Positions 1 through 12,307 of a stretch of 64,000 bases of DNA are shown piece by piece (the first letter of the stretch is position 1; the number at the start of each line of letters is the position of its first letter). The stretch spans positions 3,750,917 through 3,814,916 of the forward strand of contig NC_057718.1 in assembly GCF_004010195.1 (NCBI RefSeq), given 5' to 3'. The position numbers and the translations under genes are program-made. The DNA is from Chiloscyllium plagiosum. Its lineage: Eukaryota. The notes beneath the pieces were generated by a model. The model did no database searches. It saw only the letters and a program-made list of their open reading frames with translations, and was not told where the DNA came from.

Positions 1-299
1 TGAGTAGATTAGATACACTATAGTATGGAAACAGGCCATTTGGCCCAACAAGTCCACACCGACACATTCCTCAACCTGATATTTACCCATGACTAATGCA
101 GCTAATACTATGGGCAATTTAGCATGGCCAATTCACATGACATTTATGTTGTGGGAGAAAACTGGAGCACCCAGAGGAAGCCTGTGCAGAAATGGGGCAA
201 ATGTGCAAACTCCACAGACAGTCACCCAAGGCTGGAATTGAACCTGGGTCTCTGGTGTTGTGGGGCAGCAGTGCTAACCACTGAATCACCATGCCAGCC
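1..299 (-). mobile_element. HE1-like tRNA-derived SINE
   Basis: Reverse complement shows a tRNA-like head (gtggttagcactgctgcc...gggttcaattcc) and an (aatct)n-like tail; same family as 48301-48620. Confidence 0.8.
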
Positions 300-829
300 T
301 CAATGTTTTCAAGTTCTTTTAGAAGCATTTTCTTTAACTTGAGCACAAATGATCACATGGTCTTGAAATATCTAGAAGTTTCCATGTTAGAAATTCTTTG
401 GATTATGTCACCCTACACCAGCAATTGGTGATCAAGCTACACAGCCTTCTGAGAGTAGCATGAGTTGACTTGGCATTTAGCTTCAAATTATTCAATGTCA
501 GGAATTTTGCCCTCCCTCTTGATTTCAGATAACAGGAATGAAAAGTGGTTCTCTCATGCCCACTTTCGGTATACATAGGATACAGATATTCCAATAACTG
601 CTAGCCATCCAAGCACGTTTAATTTGAGTTTGCTGGGCCTTTTGTGAGCTCATTATGATTACCACTATGGGTCTGAGTCTATCAATTTAATTTTCAAACA
701 TTTCATTTTTCCCAAAACATGTGCTGAAGTTATTGATCTATGAGTCACATACCCCTCCACCTTCAGAGCTCACACACATGCACACAACCCCCACCCTCCC
801 ATGGTTTGTTATCAGTGACCAGCACCTTA

Positions 830-1710
830 AAAAGTCCTTATATTGCAAAAGATGCGTGCAATGTTACTCTCATTGTTTCCATGTTTGACACCTGAATCCT
901 ATGTGTGTTCAATCACTTTGAGTGGGTGTCCACACAAACTGAAAATACAGAGCCCATAAAAAGATTGACATATTCAACATGTAACTGGGTCCAGGGTTCA
1001 CCCGGCCATTCCCATGAAATGAGGGAGCTGCTGGCGGTAATTTTTGTCTGTGCTGGCACTCTGGGCACTGCTCACCAATGTGGCTGTCGCTGCATCCATT
1101 CCTGGCCACCAGCGATTACCTTCCACCACATTTTAATTTTGGAAGCCCCTGGATGACCCTGGTGGAGTTCTGGCGGGAACCTTTGCTCGGTGGAATCACT
1201 CCTGCTCCCTACAGTAATCTGCCATCCTCTATGGTAATCAGGGCTCAGCCGGTCCAGAAAGGTTTCAGTTCAGGTTGTGATGGCCCTTTGACTTCCCCCA
1301 ACAACACCAGCTGTTTTAGTTTAGCCAGGACCAGATCTTTTAGTGTCCAGAGTCAGGTCTGGTCAGCGGTGATGAGAAGGGTCTCCAGAAAGTTTATAAT
1401 TAGAACAGATTCTTCCAGTGACAGCATCACCGGTGGATTAATCTGCCAGCAGGAGGTGACTCAAGGCATCATATTTAGGACATAGCCTTCTGGAGTTTTC
1501 TGTCACCAAATTCCCCTTTATTTACACATGCTCAGTACGTGACACTGATCCAGCTCCCTCAGAGCCAACTTTCAGAGTGAACAGAACCCCTGAATCTCCT
1601 GTTCTTATCTGTCAGCCAGGGTTTCCTGATTGGACCAGGCTAATAGCCCCAATCAGGGAACTCATATTCCATGAAGTCTACCTGGCTGACCTCGTTACAC
1701 TCCCCATACA
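830..1710 (-). mobile_element. Gypsy LTR retrotransposon remnant (integrase fragment + LTR)
   Basis: Minus strand reads WWPGMD...CPECQ...WEWPGEPW (integrase zinc-finger region, frameshifted); LTR-like segment ~1490-1710 recurs at 15955-16160 and at 24850-24965/35293-35421. Confidence 0.7.
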
Positions 1711-1779
1711 GGGTCCCACCATTATTTGTATATGTCCGACCCTGGTTTGCCTTACCAATATATACAACCTCAGGTCTGT

Positions 1780-2115
1780 TTAAATTGAACATGATCTGCT
1801 AATCCTTAGCCCATTGGCCCATCTGATCCAGGTCCCATTGGACTCAAAGATAACCATCTTCACTGTCCACCATAACATCTATTTTGGTGTCATCTGCAAA
1901 CGTGCTAGCCATACCTCCTACATTCACATTCAAATAATTTATAAAAATGATGAAAAGCAGTGGATCTAGCACTAATCCATGTGGAACAGTGCTAGGCACA
2001 GGCCTCCAGTCTGAAAAGCACCCCTCCACCACCACCCTCTGTCTCCTCCCTTCTAGTCAAGTTTGTATCCAATTTGCAAGCTCTCCTGGATCCCAACTGA
2101 TGTCCCTTTACTAAC
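1780..2115 (-). mobile_element. CR1 LINE RT fragment
   Basis: VPHGLVLDPLLFIIFIN...FADDTK. Confidence 0.8.
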
Positions 2116-2418
2116 TAATCTACCACAAAGATTCTTCCTCAGTATGCTTTCTGATCTGCTTTCTGATCCTCAACGAGGGACATCATCACTAATCCTCCCT
2201 CTGAATTATCTTCATCTTCCAGGAGAGTTTCGGCTTTCATTTGTTTGCGATGCCACATCAACCCTTACTGATGGATTTTCTTTACTCATCGCTCTGGTTC
2301 CCAACACGACAGATAGATCCCAGAAACCTGTTCCTGGAAGTGTTCTGTTCTTGAACATAAGAACCAGGAGCAGGAGTAGGCCATCTGGCCACTCGAGCCT
2401 GCTCCACCATTCAATAAG

Positions 2419-3424
2419 ATGTGGAGTGCCACAAGGACCGATGCTGGGCCCTCTAATTTTTGTCATTTACATAAATGATTTGGATGCGATCATACGAGGT
2501 ACAGTTAGTAAGTTTGCAGATGACACCAAAATTGGAAATGTAGTGGACAGTGAACAGGGTTACCTCAGATTACAACAGGATCTGGACCAGATTGGCCAAT
2601 GGGCTGAGAAGTGGCAGATGGAGCTTAATTCAGATAAATATGAGGTGCTGCGTTTTGGGAAAGTAAATCTTAGCAGGACTTATATACTTAATTGTCAGGT
2701 CCTAGGGAGTGTTGCTGAACAAAGAGACTTTGGAGTGCAGGTTCATAGCTCCTTGAAAGAGGAGTTGCTGGTAGATAGGATAGTGAAGAAGGTGTTTGGT
2801 ATGCTTTCCTTTATTGGTTAGAGTATTGAATACAGGAGTTGGGAGATCATGTTGCGGCTGTACAGGACATTGGTTAGGCCACTGTTAGAATATTGCATGC
2901 AATTCTGGTCTCCTTCCTATTGGAACGATGTTATGAAACTTGAACGGGTTCGGAAAAGATTCACAAGGATGTTGCCAGGGTTGGAGGATTTGAGCTATAG
3001 AGAGGGCTATTTTCCCTGGAATGTCGGAGGCTGAGAGGTGACCTTGTAGAGGTTTACAAAATTATGAGGGGCATGGATAGGGTAAATAGGCAAAGTCTCT
3101 TTCCTGGGGTCGGGAAGTCCACAACTAGAGGGCATAGGTTTAGGGTGAGAGGGTAAAGATATAAAAGATACCTACTGGGCAACCTTTTCACACAGAGGGT
3201 GGTACATATATGGAATGAGCTGCCAGAGGAAGTGGTGGAGGCTGGTACAATTGCAACATTAAAGAGGCATTTGGATGGGCATATGAATAGGAAGGGTTTG
3301 GAGGGTTCTGGGCCAGGTGCTGGCAGGTGGGACTAGATTGGGTTGGGCTATCTAGTCGGCATGGATGGGTTGGACCGAAAGGTCTGTTGCCATGCTGTAC
3401 ACCTCTATGACTCTATGACTCTAT
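2419..3424 (+). mobile_element. CR1 LINE 3' fragment inserted into an older minus-strand CR1 tail
   Basis: GVPQGPMLGPLIFVIYINDL...FADDTK, LVRPLLEYC; (ctctatga)n tail; paralogous empty site near 16885. Confidence 0.88.
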
Positions 3425-3880
3425 GGCTGATCATTTCATGGCCTCAGCTCCACTTCTCCGCCCTCTCACTATAACCCTTAATTTCTTTACTAATTAAAAA
3501 GTTATCTATCTTAGCTTTAAAAACATTCAATGCAAAAGCCTCAACTACTTCACTGGGCAGGGAATTCCACAGATTCACAACCTGCTGCTTGAAGAAGTTC
3601 TTCCTCAATTCAGTCCAAAATCTGCTCCCCCTAATTTTAAGGCAATTCTTTCTTGTCCTAGTTTCACCCACCAATAGAAACATCCTTTCTACTTCTATCT
3701 TATCTACTTGCTTCGTAATTTTATGTTTCTATAAGATTCCCCCTCATTCTTCTAAATTCCAATGAATATAATCCCAGTCTACTCAGTCTCTCCTCATAAG
3801 CCATCCCCCTTAATTCCAGAATCAACCCAGTGATTCTGCATCCTCTCTCGTCTCAGTATATCCTTTCAACCTCCTTTGGA
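3425..3880 (-). mobile_element. CR1 LINE 3' end (continues at 2360-2418)
   Basis: ORF 3444-3683 (ELRKNFF...VVNLWNSLP) is typical of the CR1 ORF2 C-terminus. Confidence 0.8.
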
Positions 3881-4279
3881 CTTTTATATTTGTGGGTGAT
3901 GCTGCAAGCCTTCGTCTAGCCATGGCATTTCCCAGAAGTGAGTCTAAATTTATTACACCATGGATGAGAGAGTTTGTGTTAGCAGGTGGGTGTGAGAGGG
4001 AATTATTTATCCGTATAGTAGGGGGATATTGAAGAGATATATGCAATTGACCCAGGGGATATACAGATATATGAATGATATTGTGGAGAGTTGGTCAGTG
4101 AGGGGGAGAATACAGTGTGAGGTGATGCCAATGAAAGGGATCTTGTTCCAGGGATAAATGAGAGGAAGAGAAATGTTGACAATCAGATTAATGAAAATGA
4201 TTATTTGGGATAAACATGCTGCCAGCCCTTTCCTGATTTGGGGAAAAGGAATAGGCTAATATTCCAGGGTGTGATACGG

Positions 4280-4630
4280 CAGGATGGGACCATTCACCGT
4301 CACTGATTAGCCACTGCCCTTTCACCGCCGAGGACGCTTCACCACTGCCCATTGGCCACTGAGGACGATTTGCCACCACAAGTCTTTGTAACTCATTTTT
4401 ATATATAAACCAATAAAATGATATTTATTTTACCTCTTTTTTTATCAATATGTACTATATAGTTGTATAAATAAAGGGGACTGAGAAGTATGGAAGAACA
4501 GGTAGGTGGGAAAACAATCAGTACATATATATATTTCCAGTGGTGAATAGTCTCCAGAGGTCAAACGACCCCAGTGGAGAAACGCTGGTGGTGAACCAGC
4601 AGTGGCTAATCGGCAGTGACGAATCTGCCA
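4280..4630. mobile_element. Degenerate MITE-like element with ~100 bp imperfect terminal inverted repeats
   Basis: Left arm attcaccgtcactgattagccactgccctttcaccgcc is approximately the reverse complement of right arm ggtggtgaaccagcagtggctaatcggcagtgacgaat; AT-rich core. Confidence 0.5.
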
Positions 4631-4649
4631 TGGCAAACCGTCACCAACC

Positions 4650-5275
4650 CGTGAGACGGATGGCAAGTGGGCTGAGAAATGGCAAATGGAGTTTAATATT
4701 GGTAAGTGTGAGGTCTTGCTTTTTGGGAAGTCAAATCAAATTTGGAGATTAATGGTGAATGGTTGAGCCTTATGAAATGTAGTAATGTAGTAATGGTGAA
4801 TGGTTGAGCCTTATGTAATAGAGGAACCTTGGAGTTCAGGTACACGTTTCTCTGAAAGCTGAGTCACAATAGACAGGGCAGTGAAGAAGGCTTTTGGCAC
4901 ACTAGCCTTCATCAATCAGGGCATCCAAGTGGGATCATCACTAGATTATTAACCCAGAAGTTGGGAAGTTCTGTTGCAGTTGTACAGGATGTTGGTGAGG
5001 CCACACTTGGTGTATTGTGTTCAGTTTTGGTCACCTTGCTTCAGGAAGGATGTTATGAAACTGGAAAGAGTGCAGAAGAAATTTACAAGGATATTGCCAG
5101 GCCTCAAGTGACTGAGTGATAGGGAAAGATTGGGCAACCTTGGAGTTTTTTCCTTTAGAGTGTAGGAGACTGAGGGGGAGTCTTATAGAAGTGTATCAGT
5201 GTGCATGGATATTTTAGTTGGCATGGACCAGTTTGGACTGAAGGGTTTTATGATTCTATGATTCTATGACTATGA
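4650..5275 (+). mobile_element. CR1 LINE 3' fragment
   Basis: LVRPHL-YCVQFWSP-like sequence; (ttctatga)n tail. Confidence 0.78.
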
Positions 5276-5524
5276 TTGGTTTGACAAGGTGTCTGGGAGC
5301 TGGTATATGAAGTGTACATGTGAGAAGCTGGACCTTGTGTCTCTGAGCAGCCCATGGGCATAGGGAGACACAGGGTTAGTCAGTAATCAGGTGATTACTA
5401 GTGTCAGTGAATACTGAGAAATTCTGTGTACATGGCAGTGAAACAGTTGTGAGGATTCAGGGTCAGGTTCTGAGGATGGCTGTGTCTGTCTGATCATGAG
5501 AATGGATATTGTAATAAGATAAGA

Positions 5525-6420
5525 CAGTAAAACACAGGAATGGAAGGAGGCCATTTGGCTCATCTAGCCTGCTCCACCATTCCATAGGATCATGGCTGAT
5601 CTGATAAACCCTCAAACCCGCTTTCCAGCCTTTCCCCCATGACCCTTGACTCTCTCACTAATTGAATTGCTGTCTATCTCATCCTTGAATATCCTTAATA
5701 ACCCAGCCATGACAGCCCTCTGTGGGAAAGAGTTCCACAGATTCACAACCTTCTGAGAGAAGAAATTTCTCCTTGACTCTGTTTGAAATGTGTGACCCAG
5801 TATTCTGAGTTATAACTTTGATTCTGAGACTCTCCCACAAGGGGAAACTACTCTCTATATCGCCTCTTCAATATCTTATATGCTTCACTAAGTTCTTCTC
5901 ATATTCTCCTAAACCCAGATGAGTACAGACCCAACCAACTCACCATCTCTTCATAAGAATATCCCTCCACATCCAGGATCAACTTAGTGAACCTTCTCTG
6001 GACTGCCTCCAATGTCAGTGTATTTTCCCACAGATAAGGGGCCCACAACAGCCCCCATTATTCCAGCTCTGGTCTAACTAGTGGAGAAAGTGAGGTCTGC
6101 AGACGCTGGAGATCAAAGCTGAAACTTTATTGCTGGTCTAACTAGTGCCTTGAATAGTTGTAACAAAGTCTCCCTATTGTTATCCTCCATTCCCTTTGAA
6201 ATAAAGGCCAATATTCAGGGGCCCACAACAGCCCCCATTATTCCAGCTCTGGTCTAACTAGTGCCTTGAATAGTTGTAACAAAGTCTCCCTATTGTTATC
6301 CTCCATTCCCTTTGAAATAAAGGCCAATATTCCATCTTCCCTCCTTACTCCCTGCTGAACTTGGATGTTAGCTTTCAGTGATTCATACACACTCTCCAAC
6401 CCTCCCAGTCCCTCTGTGCT
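5525..6420 (-). mobile_element. CR1 LINE 3' fragment with an internal ~115 bp tandem duplication and a Penelope-derived insertion (6084-6132)
   Basis: CR1 3' UTR and ORF2 tail; 6037-6216 duplicated at 6217-6332; insertion flanked by 15-bp TSD ctggtctaactagtg. Confidence 0.72.
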
Positions 6421-7271
6421 GGGCTGTCAAGCAGTCTTTCCCCTCATGGGAGGGAATGACCAAGTGGGATCATCACTAGATTATTAACCCAGAGACGAAG
6501 GGAAAGTTCTGAGACTCCATATTCAAATCCCTCCATAGAAAAGTTGGAATTTGAATTCCTTAAAAATCTGGTATTGAACATCTGATGATGACCATGAAAT
6601 GATCGCTCGGGAAACACCCATCTGATTTACTGCCATCCTTACTGGTTTGGCCTACATATGACTCCAGACCCACAGCAAAAGAGCCGATTCTTAACTGCAC
6701 CCTGAGCACCTATGCATGGGCAATAAATGCTGGCTTAGCCAGCAATGTTCACATCTTGAATGAAGAAATTGATTCATTTTCTTCCTGTTGAAGTACATGA
6801 CCTTGTATTTACCACAGCACATTTCATCCACCAATATTGCACCCACTCACTGAACCTGTCTATAGCTCTGTGCAGACTCTTTGTGTTACTCTCACCACTT
6901 GTCTTCCCATTTTTCTTGTGCCATCCACAAACTTTGCTGCAGTTGATTCACTTTCTCCATTGAGTCATTAATATCGATTGTCAATAATTGTGGCCCCAGC
7001 ATTGAGCCCTGTGGCACTTCACAAATTACAGGTTGTTACCATGAAAATGCACCTTTTATCCCAACTCCTGTCACTGTTTAGTTAGCTAATCCTCTGTCCA
7101 TACTATCTCCAATACCAGGATTCTCATCTTATTGACTAGGCTCATGTGTGGTACCTTATCAATAATGATTGGAAAATCCAAATGCATGACATCGACTTGA
7201 TCCCCTTTATCTATCCTGCTTCTTACCTCATCAAAGAGTTCCAGTAAATTTGTCTGGCATTATTTATCTTT

Positions 7272-7478
7272 GAGGAGAAAGTGAGGACTGCAGATGCTGG
7301 AGATCAGAGCTGAAAATGTGTTGCTGGAAAAGCGCAGCAGGTCAGGCAGCATCCAAGGAACAGGAGAATCGACATTTCGGGCATGAGCCCTTCTTCAGGC
7401 TTATGCCCGAAACGTCGATTCTCCTGTTCCTTGGATTCTGCCTGACCTGCTGCGCTTTTCCAGCAACACATTTTCAGC
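7272..7478. mobile_element. Palindromic non-autonomous Penelope-derived element
   Basis: Long inverted repeat (agctgaaaatgtgttgctggaaaag...cttttccagcaacacattttcagct); 16-bp TSD tctggcattatttatc at 7253-7268 and 7479-7494. Confidence 0.8.
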
Positions 7479-7891
7479 TCTGGCATTATTTATCCTTTGT
7501 AACGCCATGCTGACTCTGCTGATTGATGTTATACATTTCTAAATGTTCTGCCACTACCATCACCATCACCATCATCACTATCATTATTATTGTTGCTAGT
7601 ACTGAGGGTGAGCTGCCTTTTTGAACCACTGCAGTCCATGTCCTGCAGGTAGACCCATAAATCCCTTAGAGAGAGAATTCCAGCATTTTGACCCAGCAGC
7701 ATTGAAGGAACAATGATATATTTTCAAATCAGAATGGTAAGTGACTTGGATGGGAGTTTGTAGGGGATGCTGTTCCCATGTATCTGCTGCCCTTGTACTT
7801 CCAGATGCGAGTGAATGTGGGTTTTGATCATGCTGCAGAAGACATTGACAAGTCCAAACTGTTGATGAGATTTTCACCAGGGTTAAGAAAT

Positions 7892-8947
7892 TCAAAGTTT
7901 GTGAGAAGATTTGTAGCTCGGGTGCTTGTTGTTGTGGTTCTGTTCGCCGAGCTGGGAATTTGTGTTGCAGACATTTCATCCCCTGTCAAGGTGACATCCC
8001 CAGTGCTTGGGGGCCTCCTGTGAAGCACTTCTGTGATGTTTCCTCCGGAATTTATAGTGGTTTGTCTCTGCCACTTCCGGTTGTCAGTTCCAGCTGTCCG
8101 TTGCAGTGGTCGGTATATTGGGTCCAGGTCGATGTGCTTATTGATTGAATCTGTGGATGAGTGCCATGCCTCTAGGAATTCCCTGGCTGTTCTCTGTTTG
8201 GCTTGTCCTATAATAGTAGTGTTGTTCTGGTGAGTTGTTGTCTGAGAGTGCTGCGTGGTTGGTTTGTGTGCTGTTATGAGTCCTAGTGGTCGCAGTAGTC
8301 TGGCTGTCAGTTCGGAAATGCTCTTGATGTATGGTAGTGTGGCTAGTCCTTTGGGTTGCCAATACCCAGCATGAGCTAAACCAATGTAGTGTACAAAATC
8401 CCATGCAAGGACTGCACAAAACACTACATAGGACAAACAGGAAGACAGCTAACGATCTGCATCCATGAACACCAACTAACCATGAAACGACACGACCAGC
8501 TATCCTTAGTAACCACACACGCAGATGACAAGCAACATGAGTTCAACTGGGACAACACTCCTATTATAGGACAAGAAGGGCTTATGCCTGAAATGTCGAT
8601 TCTCCTGTTCCCTGGATGCTGCCTGACCTGCTGCACTTTTCCAGCAACACATTTTCAGCTATTATAGGACAAGCCAAACAGAGAACAGCCAGGGAATTCC
8701 TAGAGGCATGCCACTCATCCACAGATTCAATCAATAAGCATATCGACCTGGACCCAATATACCGACCACTGCAACGGACAGCTGGAACTGACAACCGGAA
8801 GCGGCAGAGACAAACCACTATAAATGCCAGAGGAAACATCACAGAAGCGCTTCACAGGAGACTCCCAAGCACTGAGGATGTCACCTAGATAGGGGACGAA
8901 ACGTCTGCAACACAAATTCCCAGCTTGGCGAACAGAACCACAACAGT
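7892..8947 (+). mobile_element. Truncated Penelope-like element (GIY-YIG endonuclease end) with inverted terminal arm
   Basis: VYKIPCKDCTKHYIGQTGRQL..IHEH GIY-YIG motif; ~7930-8215 is an inverted copy of 8660-8946; TSD gttaagaaat at 7882-7891 and 8948-8957; empty paralogous site at 18119-18127. Confidence 0.88.
8869..8908 (+). ncRNA. Minimal type I hammerhead ribozyme motif in the Penelope-like element
   Basis: gca-CUGAGGA-u-[guc a ccu agau agg g gac]-GAAA-c-GUC^-ugc: conserved core, stem II, 3-bp stem I, palindromic minimal stem III. Confidence 0.65.
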
Positions 8948-9173
8948 GTTAAGAAATATTATTTAACAGTCTGTTTGTTTAATAATTTTTATTTATGCTG
9001 ATGGATTTTATTTGATATGAATCAGTCACAAATGCGGCTCCCTGAATTAGTATAACAAAGTGTTCTCTCTATTTCACTGAAAATTCCTACCGCCCTGTTA
9101 GATCCTTTCAATACGGCAGTACAGAGAATCTACTCTTGTGGGAATAAACATATTGTAATCTTTTTTTTTAAAG

Positions 9174-9518
9174 CTATCACTGGTCCAGTCCTTCTCCAAT
9201 CTCCAAGCCTGGAACTTGTCACCGAGAGTCACACGGCTGAGTTACAGTGCACCATGAGGAACACCACAGTGACACACACCGATGTTCAGTGGTACCAACT
9301 GTCCCCAGAGCAAATTATGAAGCAGGTTTTAACACATACAGGAAATGGCTCCACACAACGGAGCCCAGGATTCACTGAGCGATTCCAGCCTTTCAGAGAC
9401 CCCTCCAATATCAGCTTCATTCTGACCATCACAAACGTTCAGCCCAATGACACTGGGGTCTATTACTGCTCTGTCTGGGGAAAGATCTATGGAAGTGGAA
9501 GCCAGCTCATTGTAGACA
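9174..9518 (+). CDS. Ig V-set (VJ-type) domain exon D1 of a multi-V-domain ITAM-bearing receptor
   Basis: Acceptor ttttttttaaag| and donor |gtaagt; 345 nt, phase 1/1, open frame ITGPVLLQSPSLELVTESHTAELQC...VQWYQ...FILTITNVQPNDTGVYYCSVWGKIYGSGSQLIVD with canonical Cys, Trp, DxGxYYC and a J-like YGSG strand. Confidence 0.92.
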
Positions 9519-11962
9519 GTAAGTAGAGTTTACATGACAATCACTTCCAAAAATAACATCTTGCCCAATGAATGAATTGGAGATCAGTTTGTGATCAAGA
9601 AGATTGAGGTGGTAATGGACAGTGATCTTGGGGATGGATTCACTGTGGGGAAGAACCTGAGCTCAGGTTCAATGTTGGTGGGTGGTGGAGAGAAAGGGTA
9701 TATTTTTGTGACAATGGGAGGAGGATTTTATGGGAAATGTGGAGTTTTATCCTGGAGATTGAGTGATATTAATTCCATTCAATTCACAAGGGTGTCAGTG
9801 CCATCAGGCTGGGTGAGCAGAGTCAGCGAGATTGCTCTGTGAGGTGCCACATCTGCAAGGGAACCTCCCAGGGATTGGGAATGGACCATAGAGCACAAAG
9901 GAGCACACATATCTCTCTTCATTCCAGAGACAATTGGTTCAATCCAGTTCAAAGAGAACCACTCCACATTGAGCATGGGGAAAGGGTACGCGCTTGGTCT
10001 CCATGAGCTCCCACAGCTGAGACTGGCATTGAAGCTGAGATGTTGGCATTATTCTACATTAGACTTCAGCCATTCGAGACGTCAACTAGGGAAGAGTGAT
10101 CATAATATTCTGGGAGTTCCTACGATATTTACCTGGAGCTTCGGGTTGAATATTGCTCAGAGTATGGTTTCAGTCCCCATCCTGGCTCAGGTAGTTCCTG
10201 GGCTTTCTCTTCTACTTGACCCATTGGGTGAGAATGGGCAGCCAATAGCAGATCAGATGTAATGCAGAGAGATGTGAGGATACTTGTATTGAATGGAGAA
10301 ATAAGAGCAGTTAAGATAATTTTATTTAAAAGTGCAATTCTAAATGGTATGCTGAAGCAGTCAGAGCTGGGAGTTTACTCTTTCATTGAAAAACGTTATT
10401 GAATGTATAAGAACCATTACTTAATGTTATGTTGCAAAAATAAAACACTAATTTCACCCAATTCACATGAAGCTGAAGAAAGTCTGAGATGTCAGCACTT
10501 CTAACTTCTGATATGATTTCCTTGCCGCACTGGAATGGTCTTTCTTCCAGGTTTTATTTCTGCAAACAGCATGAATTATTTCTGCAGAGCTGTGTCGCCC
10601 TGTCTGTACTGAATGTATGTTTGAGATTAATGGGATATGGTTTTATCCCAACTAAAATGTAATTGCCAATGTTGTGAAGTTGAAGACATACACTGTAACT
10701 TTAAGACAGAGTGAATGATGTTCTGAAGTGAGAGCTTACAGAGCTGACAGAAACAGTTCTTGGAGTTATGTCAACCCCAATAGGCTTGATACAGAAGGGT
10801 ATTTTCTTTAATGTGTGTGTTATGTCAAGAAATACTGTTGTGATTGCTAAAGTATTGTATTTCATTGTGTGTTTCTCAGTCTTAAAAATAGTGCTTTTAT
10901 GAATATAGCTTGGTACATTATATTCTTTTTCAGTTCTATTCACACAAAAAACACTTCATAAAAATCTCAAAAAATCTTTTCCTCCTGTTGAAACCAAGTC
11001 TGCTGCATTGTGTGTATTTTTTCTCAGTGGAACACTTGCTAGTTTGAAACAAAAAAGAATCCAAGCCAGATTTCAGTCTGGAATCAAATTTGTCCAAAAT
11101 TAACATCAACTGGGACCATAACAACACCAGTCAAAGTGATTGGGAATGTTCCCCTTGGAGAAGGAAAAGCTGAAAAGAGATTTGATCCAAATGTCCCATC
11201 CATCCAGGGAACATTCTGGTCTTAGATGATAACAAGTGTATCCTGGGCCAGAGATGGACGGTGGGATTGAGTGGGACAGGCACTTTAAGAGCTGTTGCAA
11301 GATACATGCATCTGAGAAACTGGGTTCCAGTTCTGTCAGCAGCTCCTGGGCACATGGAGACATGGGATCAGTTAGCAATTAGGAGATCCACAGTGCCAGG
11401 GATACCCAGTCCCAATGAATACACAGGGAACTGTGTACATGCCAGTGGGAGGATTGCAAGGGGTCAGACTCAGGGAAAGGTGATCATTCCGAGGAAAGCA
11501 GTGAGTGGGATGAGGAGGGAATGTGGGATATTTCCTGAAGATGCTGCAGTTTCTGACCAATGAGTGGGTCACCAGATAGGGCTGGGGTCAGGGAGAAGAG
11601 ACCGGGAGACGTGAGGAGCTTGGAGCATCTGGTGGGGGCACAGGATGTGGGGAAGGGGTGGGGGCAGGGGATCAGGACAGGGAGTGGGAAGAGCCTGAGG
11701 CTGGGAGCTGTAATCAGGAGCTGCCCTTTATTCAGGCAACATCACTGTACACTCTGACCCTGTTGCTCTTCTTGAAATATTTACACAAAAGTTATTAAAG
11801 TTATTTAATTACACAAACATGGTTGGTTTGATCTGCTCCAGTTTCATTGATTCAATTTTTAACCAGATCCATATTTAATGCAGAACGTGTTCCCTTTGAA
11901 CATTGTGGCACATTGTGACCTGAACAAATGATTCTTATATTCTTGATGTTTTTCCTCAAAAG

Positions 11963-12307
11963 GTGCATCTGGTCCAGTCCCTCTCCAGTCTCTGATAGTG
12001 GAACGTGTCACCGAGGGTCACACTGCCCAGTTACAGTGCACCATGAGGAATGCCACAGTGACACACACCGATGTTCGCTGGTACAGACAAGAACCAGGGA
12101 GTCATGTGACGTGGTTATCCACACGTGAAAGAAAGTATTCCACACAATGGAACACAGGGCTCACTACTCGAATCTCATTTTCCAGAGACAACTCCAGTAA
12201 CAGCTTCATTCTGACCATCACAAATGTACAGCCCAATGACACTGGGATCTATTACTGCACAGTGCAGGGAAGGATCGAAGACAGAGGAAGCCTGCTCATT
12301 GTAAACA
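11963..12307 (+). CDS. Ig V-set (VJ-type) domain exon D2
   Basis: Acceptor tttcctcaaaag| and donor |gtaagt; 345 nt, phase 1/1; ASGPVPLQSLIVERVTEGHTAQLQC...VRWYRQEPG...DTGIYYCTVQGRIEDRGSLLIVN; the G-strand diglycine motif is degenerate. Confidence 0.9.

Noticed and set aside
1019-1090. Signal-peptide-like MRELLAVIFVCAGTLGTAHQ as the missing leader exon
   Set aside because: It is the antisense reading of a Gypsy integrase zinc-finger region (CPECQ...WEWP), and no convincing donor follows
12054-12095. CACAGTG in the B-C loop of D1, D2 and D4 as a cryptic RSS
   Set aside because: The best nonamer match is about 5/9 at a non-canonical spacing, and it is explained by the coding sequence (A/T-T-V)
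12258-12264. CACAGTG heptamer at the YYC of D2 as an RSS
   Set aside because: It overlaps the Cys-Thr-Val codons; there is no ACAAAAACC-like nonamer at 12 or 23 nt, and the exon continues in frame through the G strand
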